Source: Oligoflexales bacterium (GTDB taxonomy: Bacteria; Bdellovibrionota_B; Oligoflexia; Oligoflexales; CAIYRB01). From it: a stretch of 64,000 bases of DNA. Where the stretch lies: assembly GCA_041736175.1 (NCBI GenBank), contig JBGSUI010000246.1, forward strand, positions 1-64,000. The letters run 5' to 3'. The notes under the pieces are model-generated. The model was not told where the DNA came from, searched no databases, and worked only from the letters and a program-made list of their open reading frames with translations. Shown piece after piece: positions 47,619 to 56,242 of the stretch. Every line of letters begins with the position of its first letter. The first letter of the stretch is position 1. The position numbers and the translations under genes are program-made.

Positions 47619-47676
47619 GGGTTGTCCTTGAGAAGGCATCATTTGTTCTTAACATCTAAAATCAGAAAACCTAATC

Positions 47677-49260
47677 ATGTCAAAAATTTTTTCTTTACCA
47701 AAACTAGTCTTTATATTAGCTGGATTAACTGCCTGTTTTCCAAATCTAAAACCTGTTAAATCTGCATCGTCAAATTTACAGACAGAGGAAGTCTGTACAA
47801 ACGAGCCATCAAGTTTTTTGTTACTTCCTGAGAACTGCCAACTTAAAATTCTCGAAAACCTGACACCGTTAGATCTCGTGAAGTTTGCAAAAGTCTTATC
47901 CACAAAGACCTCAGAGATTGGTTTTCAGGCGCTTTTAGCCCGCGCTAAGCTTAAGGTTCCAGAAAGTATACAAGTATCCCTCGATAGATACGCTGCTCAT
48001 ATTCGAAAATGTATCGGTAGGTCGTTTATTTCGCAGCAAAGAAATGATCCTATATTTGTCGAAAAACTGTTTATTTCCTATCTAACCTATCTCAAATTGA
48101 CCCATTCATCTAATAGATCGTCCAGATCGTCTTCACGGTTTACAGGTGTCAATGTTAGATCTGAAGTTGATCCCATCGTTCTTGGAAAGAATCATATCGT
48201 CTATGCTCGCAAAAATGATCGCCAGGGAAAGATATATCTCGAAGTCCGGGATTCGGTTTCCTTGAAAGTCATAGCTTCCCAAGAATACCGCAAACCCATC
48301 GAATCTCTTGGAGCTTTAGGTCCCCACTCATTTTTGGTCAAGGAGATTGAAGGACAAAGTCATTTGTGGACGTTTACGGCCAACTCATTCAAAAATGAAA
48401 ATCGACAGATTCAACGACAGGTTCAGGTCATCACAATCAAGAATATGGATGCCTATTTTACACTAGAGAATGGTCAATTGACCTCATTTTCACTTCATGA
48501 TCGTGAGTTTCGGGAGACTAGACTTGGAACCTTCCCACCAGAGGATTCCAAACTCAATCGGTCCTCCCTCGAAATCATTGGCACTAGCCCTGATCAACTT
48601 GTTACTTTAGAAAAGATGAGCGGACGCACATCCCTTAAGACTTGGCATTTAGACTCAAAAAGTCTTGCAGCAAAACAAGATACTTTTAAATTAAAATCGG
48701 TTCATGAATTTGAAGGCGAGTATGATTCTGCCAAGTTGGAAAACAAGATGCTTTCTTTTGCACTTGTCCGAGACCAGCAACATGCATTCCTTCTTTATGA
48801 TACCGTGGCCGATCAAGAAGTTCTAAAAGTCCATGATCCCCAGCCATATATCAAAGACCGATTTAAGTTAACCTATCTTGATGGATATTCCTTTTTCATT
48901 AGCAAACCTTCTTTGCCAAGAGGTCTTAATTACGAGCTTTCGATCTATTCGGGAAGTGATTGGAAAAACATACACCAAAAAGAGCGCAAGATTTATTCTA
49001 CGCAGCAGGGTGTAGCCGTCTGGGATGATTACATCACATTTATATATTCTGATCAGATTCGTTTTACATCGATTGAAAATCCAAATAATTCTCTGTTGGC
49101 TCATACAAATTTTTTGGATGACGGAGTTTACCCACTTACCCCTGCAATTTTAGGTATTGCTCGGGTTGAAGGTGCCTATATATCTAGGCATCAGAATGGA
49201 TTTACCATTCACAGCTTATGGAAAACTATCTTAGAACAACATTCTTTAGTAGTTATTTGA
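47677..49260 (+). CDS. Lipoprotein with F-box-like motif and beta-rich C-terminal region
   Basis: Lipobox LTAC; FLLLPENCQLKILENLTPLDLVKFAKV matches the F-box pattern. Confidence 0.65.
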   Translation: MSKIFSLPKLVFILAGLTACFPNLKPVKSASSNLQTEEVCTNEPSSFLLLPENCQLKILENLTPLDLVKFAKVLSTKTSEIGFQALLARAKLKVPESIQVSLDRYAAHIRKCIGRSFISQQRNDPIFVEKLFISYLTYLKLTHSSNRSSRSSSRFTGVNVRSEVDPIVLGKNHIVYARKNDRQGKIYLEVRDSVSLKVIASQEYRKPIESLGALGPHSFLVKEIEGQSHLWTFTANSFKNENRQIQRQVQVITIKNMDAYFTLENGQLTSFSLHDREFRETRLGTFPPEDSKLNRSSLEIIGTSPDQLVTLEKMSGRTSLKTWHLDSKSLAAKQDTFKLKSVHEFEGEYDSAKLENKMLSFALVRDQQHAFLLYDTVADQEVLKVHDPQPYIKDRFKLTYLDGYSFFISKPSLPRGLNYELSIYSGSDWKNIHQKERKIYSTQQGVAVWDDYITFIYSDQIRFTSIENPNNSLLAHTNFLDDGVYPLTPAILGIARVEGAYISRHQNGFTIHSLWKTILEQHSLVVI

Positions 49261-49469
49261 TTATTTATACATTTAGAACAATTTCTATGAGAACATCGCA
49301 AAATTTCAAATAGGATTCATCCCGTTCTTTGGAGATAGGCACCATATAGTTTGCCCGGATTTCTTACGTAGACTGAAACCGATTCAGGATTAAACTTTTT
49401 AAGTCGCTTCACTTTCTGTTAAACCCTTTAGATCGTCCATTCCATATGTAAAGTTAAAGGTTTTCAATT

Positions 49470-50663
49470 CTAGTCCACTGGTGTGATGGGTTTCTGATGG
49501 TAAAGCCATCGCGAGATGGCCGGGGGTGTTTTGATTACTAATTGGGATTTGTTGGCAAAAAACCTATGAATTTGATCGCTGCTACTATTGATGCCTGGCA
49601 ACTTTTGATCACAGAGTAAGCTTGAACCAATAAAAAATTGAGGTGCACGGCTGTGATCGAATATCATTTGCTGGATTCCTAGAGTAGGACCGTTGGTGTA
49701 ATGTTTAATGGCAATTTCGTCCTCATTTCTTTCGATTTTAAGTTCGCCAGCTATTTTTCGGAGCTCTTGTCGGAATTCCTGGTCAGAGAGCCGCAGGGGG
49801 CCAAGCTGTACGGTATCAATATTAGAGGTGCTGATGTTGAGAATGCTGATTTGTTTGTCGGTTATCTTTGTAATATTTTCGAGTAGCTTTTTGCCGGCGG
49901 CATCGTTGACCCAGGCAGGACCGACAAAGGTATCCATGAGGGTTAGCATTTGTGGTATCGCGGCAGAAGGGATGTCCAGGCCATCCTCAAGTGTTTTACC
50001 GGCAATTTTGATCGAAAGGTGAGCACCTTTGCTAAATCCAGCCAAATGGGGCCTTGTTCCTTTATAGTCCCGAAATATTGTTTTATAGTAGTTAAATATA
50101 TCGGTTAAAAATTTTGCATCGCTCTCTTCGAGAGTGGGTAGACTAGGTTCAACCACCTCGTCGAAAAATTGGAGGTCAGATTGGGGTATATATTCTACCC
50201 CCACCCTGCGATTGACTAACAAATGATTTTCTAGTTGAACAGGATCACGAAATCTTGAATCCCACAGCAAGGCATAAATGTCAGGTTTTATATTTTGTAT
50301 TGGAATCGGGACGGTGGGGCGGTTAGGTTTAGAATTGTCAATAAACCCAAATTTTCTACTAATATCCGCTGGGTTTGGTGGTTGGAAGGGTTTGCTGCGA
50401 CTGCCGAATTCCCAACCGTGAATCATCAGTGCAATACCCTGGTTCGAGTTGGCAACGCGCTCAACTTCTTGCCAAGTACCATTGCGCGACAAATGGTAAA
50501 GAAAAAATTTGTGAATATTAGAGCCAATGCCATGAGAACCTAATCCAGAGGTTGCTAAGACATGATCCTCTTTTTCAAACCTAGATCCTGCTAGGATTGT
50601 AGTTTTATCACATCTGGTGCTAATAACTGCGACTAGTAGTACAAAAATTTGTTTGTAATTCAT
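49470..50663 (-). CDS. Secreted alpha/beta-hydrolase-fold protein (probable lipoprotein)
   Basis: MIHGW, nucleophile elbow HLAGFSKGAH, LTLMD, late DHS; GGAGG RBS before the ATG at 50663. Confidence 0.7.
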   Translation of the reverse strand: MNYKQIFVLLVAVISTRCDKTTILAGSRFEKEDHVLATSGLGSHGIGSNIHKFFLYHLSRNGTWQEVERVANSNQGIALMIHGWEFGSRSKPFQPPNPADISRKFGFIDNSKPNRPTVPIPIQNIKPDIYALLWDSRFRDPVQLENHLLVNRRVGVEYIPQSDLQFFDEVVEPSLPTLEESDAKFLTDIFNYYKTIFRDYKGTRPHLAGFSKGAHLSIKIAGKTLEDGLDIPSAAIPQMLTLMDTFVGPAWVNDAAGKKLLENITKITDKQISILNISTSNIDTVQLGPLRLSDQEFRQELRKIAGELKIERNEDEIAIKHYTNGPTLGIQQMIFDHSRAPQFFIGSSLLCDQKLPGINSSSDQIHRFFANKSQLVIKTPPAISRWLYHQKPITPVD

Positions 50664-50694
50664 AAACCTCCCCAATCAGTCACAGAATTTGGTT

Positions 50695-50712
50695 ATTCAT
50701 TTTTGGTGCCAA
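50695..50712 (-). promoter_or_regulatory. sigma54-type promoter (GA at -12)
   Basis: Minus strand TTGGCACCAAAAATGAAT. Confidence 0.5.
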
Positions 50713-50864
50713 AGTTTTATTCTAATGATATTTATGGGATGTAAGGTTAAGGTGAGGGGTGTTTGCTGAAGATTAGACATGGGTGAACAGTTAATCGTCG
50801 CCAAAAATCAGAGTTCCATACCAATCGAGTTTGAGACCTTTAGGTCTTTCTCTTGCAGGAGAGC

Positions 50865-52364
50865 ATGATGATAAGTAAGTTTAAATGGCTGTTTTGTATT
50901 GCTTTAATCAATAGTTCATGTCTGACAACCCAAAGATCCTCCAATCCTCAAATCATTGGAGGAGAGGAAACCACAGCCTATGAGGCGGTGGGGGTTTTAG
51001 CGCAAAATGCCAAAGACCTTTGCACAGCCAGTCTGATTGGTCCCCAACTTATCGTGACTGCTGCCCATTGTGTTTATCCATTAAAGACTGGAATGAAATT
51101 CTCATTTCATATAGGACCACGTTTTAGTGAGTCAAAGGGGTTTTCGATCGTGGAGTGCACTCCACATAGCCAATATGATGACGTGAGTAACGATTTCGAT
51201 ATTGCATTATGTCGCACGGCCCAAGTTGTGCCTGCCAAGCCCCTGCGAGTGGCTACAAAGCTTGATGAAAAATCCATTGGAAGGATGGTGACGATTGTTG
51301 GTTATGGCCGTCGTGAAAAGCCGGAGACGGGATCTGGGGGAGGTGGCGGGATTAAACGAAAAGGCACCCTTAAGATGGTTGCCCTATCGGCGTCTAAGTT
51401 TAAAGCCGAAAGTCCTGGTGTGAGCTCATGCAACGGAGATTCAGGTGGTCCAGCCTTTTTGCCTGGCGAAGACGGCGAGCCGGAGATCGCTGGGATTGTT
51501 TCCTGCGGTGATTTTAATTGTGAAAGCTATGGTGTTTATACAAGAGCGGATGTTTTTGGTCAGTTTTTAGGCTTAACACCTAAACCTGATTTTGCGGGAC
51601 CGCTCTTAAAGTGTCCACCCCAATCCTTCGGGGGGATCTGCCAAGGATCGGTGCTTACCTCCTGCAAATCCGACTGTTTTGAGGCAAAGATTTCGACCAA
51701 GGACTGTGCCCTAGTCCCCCAGGGGAGCTGTTATCAATATAAAGAACGAAAGACCGCTACTTGTATCGATGGGACCTGGAGGAGTGTCACATTCAATATA
51801 TCTGAAGTCGCTTTTCGCAATGGCCAGCTTGAGGTGGTAGGTCCTTATGAGGGTGACCTCTTCTTTGACGAGTCTAGTGTGCATGCTTCGACTGGGGCCC
51901 ATGGGCGTCTCAATGGAGAGAGAGTGGTCACGGAGTTGTTACCTCTAGGTCCGCATAAACTTCAGGTAAGACGATTTCATTCAGCCAGTAGCATTGGGGT
52001 CAGTAAGCCGATTTTATTTGATGTTAAAGCAAACACCCAGTCTGTTGACTTGATTCTAGGAAAAATTCCCATCTTTCTGACGGTCAAGGGAAAGCTACAG
52101 ACTTCTGAATCCTTCTATATCACTGGTCAGACCCAGGTCCTTGGTGACTGGAAGACCGCCTTTAAACTTACCAAAGCAGGGGATGGATTCCTTTTTCAAG
52201 ATTTACTGCCAGTCGGGTTAGAGTATAAAATCCTTAAAGCGAAAAGCAGCATGGATCGCATCGAGATCGACTCAAAGGCTCTGTGGCAAAAAGGTCCCAA
52301 TCGCATGTTTGATGCGCCTATGTTGGTCCATGGTGTGGTCGAGACCGTGACTCCCGAATTCTAA
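50865..52364 (+). CDS. Trypsin-like serine protease with Cys-rich region and C-terminal CBM20-like domain
   Basis: IIGG, TAAHC, FDIAL, CNGDSGGP; C-terminal FYITGQTQVLGDW..LEYK..WQKGPNR. Confidence 0.85.
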   Translation: MMISKFKWLFCIALINSSCLTTQRSSNPQIIGGEETTAYEAVGVLAQNAKDLCTASLIGPQLIVTAAHCVYPLKTGMKFSFHIGPRFSESKGFSIVECTPHSQYDDVSNDFDIALCRTAQVVPAKPLRVATKLDEKSIGRMVTIVGYGRREKPETGSGGGGGIKRKGTLKMVALSASKFKAESPGVSSCNGDSGGPAFLPGEDGEPEIAGIVSCGDFNCESYGVYTRADVFGQFLGLTPKPDFAGPLLKCPPQSFGGICQGSVLTSCKSDCFEAKISTKDCALVPQGSCYQYKERKTATCIDGTWRSVTFNISEVAFRNGQLEVVGPYEGDLFFDESSVHASTGAHGRLNGERVVTELLPLGPHKLQVRRFHSASSIGVSKPILFDVKANTQSVDLILGKIPIFLTVKGKLQTSESFYITGQTQVLGDWKTAFKLTKAGDGFLFQDLLPVGLEYKILKAKSSMDRIEIDSKALWQKGPNRMFDAPMLVHGVVETVTPEF

Positions 52365-52981
52365 CGAGTCGGCGAGGGTGCCGGGGTCACAATCCATGGT
52401 ATGGCCTGTTGGCGGGTGTCGTAGTCAGAAAGCAGCACGTATTTTTGACATACATCTGGATTTGATTCCAAGGCTAAACACCGATCATGGTCCCGCAGGA
52501 TGATTTCGAGCCATCCTTCTTGGGGATTTTGCGGCACCCAGTCTACAGTCACGACTGAGGCGAGCGGGTCTTTCGAAAGATTCGGTTTGACCAGGGCTTT
52601 TTCCGGGAGGCGGTTGAGGAGCACCACCACTTTTCGGCGGGATTTGGAGCTTTTTTCCTTTTCGCTTAAAGGATCATAGCCTTGGATTTTCCACGAGAGG
52701 GGCTGGCCGACGACCCCTCGAAAAACCCCGTTGGACGCTCCTTCAATGCGAGAGCTCATACTGATGGGAGAGCATTCCTCCCTAATGCACTTAGTAGACT
52801 TTGTGGTTGCAGGAAGTGAATCGGTGCCAGAGTAGTAGTCACTATTGTCAACGATTGTTTCGGTGTCGCGGCTGCAGGAGGTCACTAATGGGAAAAAGCC
52901 ACCAAAAATCCAGATAAACTTGGTGTAAAACCAAGCTTTATACAAAGTAAAGTATAAATTTCTTATGGATGACTTCTCCAT
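52361..52981 (-). CDS. Hypothetical lipoprotein
   Basis: GAGG RBS before the ATG at 52981; lipobox VTSC. Confidence 0.6.
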   Translation of the reverse strand: MEKSSIRNLYFTLYKAWFYTKFIWIFGGFFPLVTSCSRDTETIVDNSDYYSGTDSLPATTKSTKCIREECSPISMSSRIEGASNGVFRGVVGQPLSWKIQGYDPLSEKEKSSKSRRKVVVLLNRLPEKALVKPNLSKDPLASVVTVDWVPQNPQEGWLEIILRDHDRCLALESNPDVCQKYVLLSDYDTRQQAIPWIVTPAPSPTR

Positions 52982-53041
52982 AGATTCCTCGCGATCCCGT
53001 TCCTTTTTCTTAACTCCTAAACACTTATTATAAGAGTAAGG

Positions 53042-53059
53042 CTGCAAGATTTAGGCCAA
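53042..53059 (-). promoter_or_regulatory. sigma54-type promoter
   Basis: Minus strand TTGGCCTAAATCTTGCAG. Confidence 0.65.
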
Positions 53060-53167
53060 AATCGTCTATGAGAGATTCTGGGTCATTATGTCGATTATTT
53101 TGTGATGGGGGTGTCTATCCTTTTTTCACCCTATAAAAAATAGAGTCATTGAGCGTTATCCACGCCG

Positions 53168-53298
53168 GCCTAGCGATTAAGGCTTGGCGCGCCGCATTCG
53201 AGCCATTCCGATAGGATAGATTTCTGGGATTTGGGGATTTCTTGGGTTGGTGGCATAGGATTTTTTGCGGCAGAAATCGTCCGAAGGATGATAAGAGC
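53168..53298. repeat. 131-bp direct repeat, orphan copy of the 3' end of the cytochrome-like gene
   Basis: Matches 54569-54699 with 5 mismatches by manual alignment. Confidence 0.95.
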
Positions 53299-53422
53299 AT
53301 TTAATAGCTCCTATTTTAAGAAAAAGCCTTCACCCGAAGGTCCCTTTTGTCAGACACGCCCCTAGATATTGCATCAAATTAGATCAACTATACTTTTATA
53401 AGCATAAATTTTAAACTCAAGT

Positions 53423-53464
53423 TTGACCTTAATAATGCCAATGGAATACAATGTATTCCATTGG
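53423..53464 (+). promoter_or_regulatory. Toxin-antitoxin promoter with perfect palindromic operator
   Basis: TTGACC-N18-TACAAT; the palindrome CCAATGGAATACA-A-TGTATTCCATTGG (53438-53464) covers the -10 box. Confidence 0.8.
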
Positions 53465-53477
53465 AGGATAAGGAGAT

Positions 53478-53777
53478 GTGCTGATGGTTAAAAGAGGTCG
53501 GGGTGGAGGAATCAAGCATGTCCTCTTTAAGCTAAAAGATGGAAGCCTTATTTTTTCAATCAATCAACCTGATCATAATCCTCCGCATATACATGTCGAA
53601 CGTGCTAACGGGTCTCGTGCTGTTTTTCTCATTAAAAGCCAAGAGGTTATCATTCAAAATGGATTTAAAGACAGCGAACTTAATGAAGTTAAAAAATATC
53701 TTAAACTTCGCAAAGATCATATTTTAAAGCGTTGGGAAGAAATACACGTTGAGATAAAAAACGGAGAATCATCATGA
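53478..53777 (+). CDS. DUF4160-family putative toxin
   Basis: DHNPPHIHVE motif and C-terminal ILKRWEEIH; about 100 aa. Confidence 0.8.
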   Translation: MLMVKRGRGGGIKHVLFKLKDGSLIFSINQPDHNPPHIHVERANGSRAVFLIKSQEVIIQNGFKDSELNEVKKYLKLRKDHILKRWEEIHVEIKNGESS

Positions 53778-54280
53778 AATCAAGACATATTGTACCAGAG
53801 AGACTTAGAAAACAAGGCGTTACCTACGATGCTGATTCTGATGAATATATTACAAAATCCGGCTACCGCGTCCCTAGAGAAGAATTTGATTTGAAACCTT
53901 CGGCAAACAGCAGAGAAATTATAGAAAGCACATTAAATCCTTCTAATATCAAGGAAAAAATAAGCTTTTGGATTGATCAGGACCTGCTGGATTGCATTAA
54001 AAAAGAGGCTAATAAAATCGCTCATAAAAAGTACACCCACCTCATTAATGAGGTCTTGAGGCAGTATTTTTTCAATGAAAAAAATGAAAAATCGCAACTA
54101 ACATTAGAAATTTTTCGCCAAGAAATGTTAGACTTAAAAACCAAAATATTTTCTGGCAACGATTTTATAGAGAAGATTACGGAGAAAGCTGAACACCAGC
54201 GAGGATTGAATACGGGTGGCTTGATGGCAACAAAACGGAAGGCGAAGTCTTCAAGAAAAAAGGCGGTTAAATCGATTTAA
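53774..54280 (+). CDS. Putative antitoxin with BrnA/CopG-like ribbon-helix-helix segment
   Basis: KEKISFWIDQDLLDCIKKEA...KYTHLINEVLRQY; ATGA overlap with the toxin gene. Confidence 0.65.
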   Translation: MKSRHIVPERLRKQGVTYDADSDEYITKSGYRVPREEFDLKPSANSREIIESTLNPSNIKEKISFWIDQDLLDCIKKEANKIAHKKYTHLINEVLRQYFFNEKNEKSQLTLEIFRQEMLDLKTKIFSGNDFIEKITEKAEHQRGLNTGGLMATKRKAKSSRKKAVKSI

Positions 54281-54473
54281 TTGAGCTGATTGTCCTATAG
54301 TGTTCAAAAAAAACAGACTCCACTCTTATTACGGAGTGGAGCCCATCTGACGTCGACCTCTTTAAATAAAAAAGAAGTGGTAACAGCAAACAAAGAGAAA
54401 AAGCAACGAGGTAAATGCTACTAACTGCAATTAACACCTTTTTGGCAACTGAATCACGAGTCCTATATCCCAT
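54267..54473 (-). CDS. Small single-TM hypothetical protein
   Basis: GGAGG upstream; one long hydrophobic helix. Confidence 0.4.
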   Translation of the reverse strand: MGYRTRDSVAKKVLIAVSSIYLVAFSLCLLLPLLFYLKRSTSDGLHSVIRVESVFFEHYRTISSIKSI

Positions 54474-54568
54474 AAATCACCAGCCTCCCTGAGGACGATG
54501 TTAAGCTTTTAAAAGCCATAATCAAAAATCCAATGATTCCATGGCATTTTAAAAAAATCTGGAGAAGT

Positions 54569-54699
54569 GCCTAGCGATTAAGGCTTGGCGCGCCGCATTC
54601 GAGCCATTCCGATAGGATAGCTTTCTGGGATTTGGGGATTTCTTGGGTTGGTGGCATAGGATTTTTTGCGGCAGAATTCGTCCGTAGGATAATCAGAGC
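54569..54699. repeat. 131-bp direct repeat, copy forming the gene 3' end
   Basis: Includes the stop codon of 54571-55047. Confidence 0.95.
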
Positions 54700-55047
54700 C
54701 CGCCATCTTTGGACGTCTCCGGCTGTATCAAAGTTAGTCTCAAGGGGGGCTCCAGCGCGCAGATTGGTCGGGACTTTTTGACTGTGACACGCTAAACAAA
54801 ATTGGGACATAAATCCTGAGCCGAAATTTTCGTAGCTCGACATCGTACCCTTTGGGCAGTTTAGAAGCGTCATATTAGGGTAGGGGTAAAGGTTGGCGAT
54901 GGGTGGTGGCTCAGTAGGCGCCGGTTTATCTGGTCCGTAGTCTTCGTCGCTTGGACCACAGCTGAGGATTAAAAATAGGAAACATCCCCAGCCGAGGATA
55001 AAGCATCTCAGGAATGACAGTTTTAAAATTTGATAGCCTAGGTTCAT
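54571..55047 (-). CDS. Monohaem cytochrome c-like lipoprotein
   Basis: Lipobox ILSC; CLACH; MPP axial-Met motif; EWLECGAP. Confidence 0.8.
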   Translation of the reverse strand: MNLGYQILKLSFLRCFILGWGCFLFLILSCGPSDEDYGPDKPAPTEPPPIANLYPYPNMTLLNCPKGTMSSYENFGSGFMSQFCLACHSQKVPTNLRAGAPLETNFDTAGDVQRWRALIILRTNSAAKNPMPPTQEIPKSQKAILSEWLECGAPSLNR

Positions 55048-56234
55048 ATTTTGGAGTCCATTTGAATGATAGATGATAGTGGCTTTGTGTCGGGTATCAA
55101 CAATTTTGCCGGGAGGTTATATCGCAAATAGAGGCTCGCAAAAATGTGACTTGGTTCAATCAAAACAGCGTTAGGACCACCTGCAGAACCAAAAACCGGG
55201 TCTATGGGGACCCCTCTTAGGGCTGGATCCGTTTGTCCAGAAACAGAATATGGTTTGATACCAGGCCCCCATAATAGCATCGAGGTATAGGGCCAAGGGC
55301 CTTTACCCTCAGCGCTATTGAGCTTTGGAGATCGACCCCGATCGGAGAGGACCACTACGACCATGGAAGAGAGCACACCTTTTGCTTCAGCATAAGCCAT
55401 GATAAGAGCGAGTTCTGAAAAAAGCGACTCGAAAAGGACTGACTGGGTCGCAAAGTGATTGGTGTAAGTGTCCCATTTGCTGCCTTTACCGTGGGTGATC
55501 GCTGCACAAAGGCTGTTGGATTTTGCAAACATCTCCACGGCGACTTTGCCCGAAACCAGAAAATCCGATTCTTTTTCGCCAGGCTTCAGTTCCTTTATTA
55601 TTTTGGACAATGCAGATGACAAGGGATTGTAGCGGAGCGAAGCTGCAGCAAGGCTCGCCACCTTATCGCCATCCAGGGTCCCTTCGGCTACGGTGCTTAA
55701 AAATTTGGTCATCTCCGCTTTTTTGTAGGTGTCCATAAGAAGCTCAATTTTGTCCGGAATTAATTCGGCTTCAACTGGCGTAGAAACAGCTATTTTTCGC
55801 AGTTCGTTGACGGTTACGGGATAGCTTACACTGGGTAAAGACCCTGGGTAAAAGGGCGTGTCTATGACCAAGTAGGGGGCAATGAGTGTAGGATTTATAT
55901 TCGAAGCATAAAAGGTCAGCCAGTCTACTGGGCGGAATTTATCGGGTGGTACGACACTTAACATTTTTTGGGCTGCCTTTGATTGTTCCATAGACCCCAC
56001 ATGGACTCCGTTGATAAAAGCTGCATTCCCACCGTAAGTATCGATCCACTTTTTGACGGCGGGTCTTTGAGGGTGGCTTACATAGGGAAGGCTGTTAGGT
56101 CCTAGAGCTAAGGTAGCGCCTGATTCTTGGCTAACATAGGCCGATTCTAGTTTGGGATCAAAAACCATAGTCGGATCCCAGCCACCACTGACATAGACCA
56201 ATAGAATAAAGGGACTAAGACCTTGCGTGAGCAT
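55044..56234 (-). CDS. DUF1501-like protein
   Basis: YVSGGWDPTMVFDPK, WDTYTNH, VLSDRGRSPKLN, GPWP. Start set at ATG 56234. Confidence 0.75.
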   Translation of the reverse strand: MLTQGLSPFILLVYVSGGWDPTMVFDPKLESAYVSQESGATLALGPNSLPYVSHPQRPAVKKWIDTYGGNAAFINGVHVGSMEQSKAAQKMLSVVPPDKFRPVDWLTFYASNINPTLIAPYLVIDTPFYPGSLPSVSYPVTVNELRKIAVSTPVEAELIPDKIELLMDTYKKAEMTKFLSTVAEGTLDGDKVASLAAASLRYNPLSSALSKIIKELKPGEKESDFLVSGKVAVEMFAKSNSLCAAITHGKGSKWDTYTNHFATQSVLFESLFSELALIMAYAEAKGVLSSMVVVVLSDRGRSPKLNSAEGKGPWPYTSMLLWGPGIKPYSVSGQTDPALRGVPIDPVFGSAGGPNAVLIEPSHIFASLYLRYNLPAKLLIPDTKPLSSIIQMDSKI

Positions 56235-56242
56235 AAATGCCT

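Noticed and set aside
47200..47655. 151-aa minus-strand ORF
   Set aside because: No recognisable motif; it spans the promoter region of the F-box gene.
53168..54699. 131-bp repeat pair as a DGR template/variable repeat
   Set aside because: Four of five differences have A in the orphan copy, but on the non-coding strand of the target gene; there are too few sites and no RT. Insertion-associated duplication is simpler.
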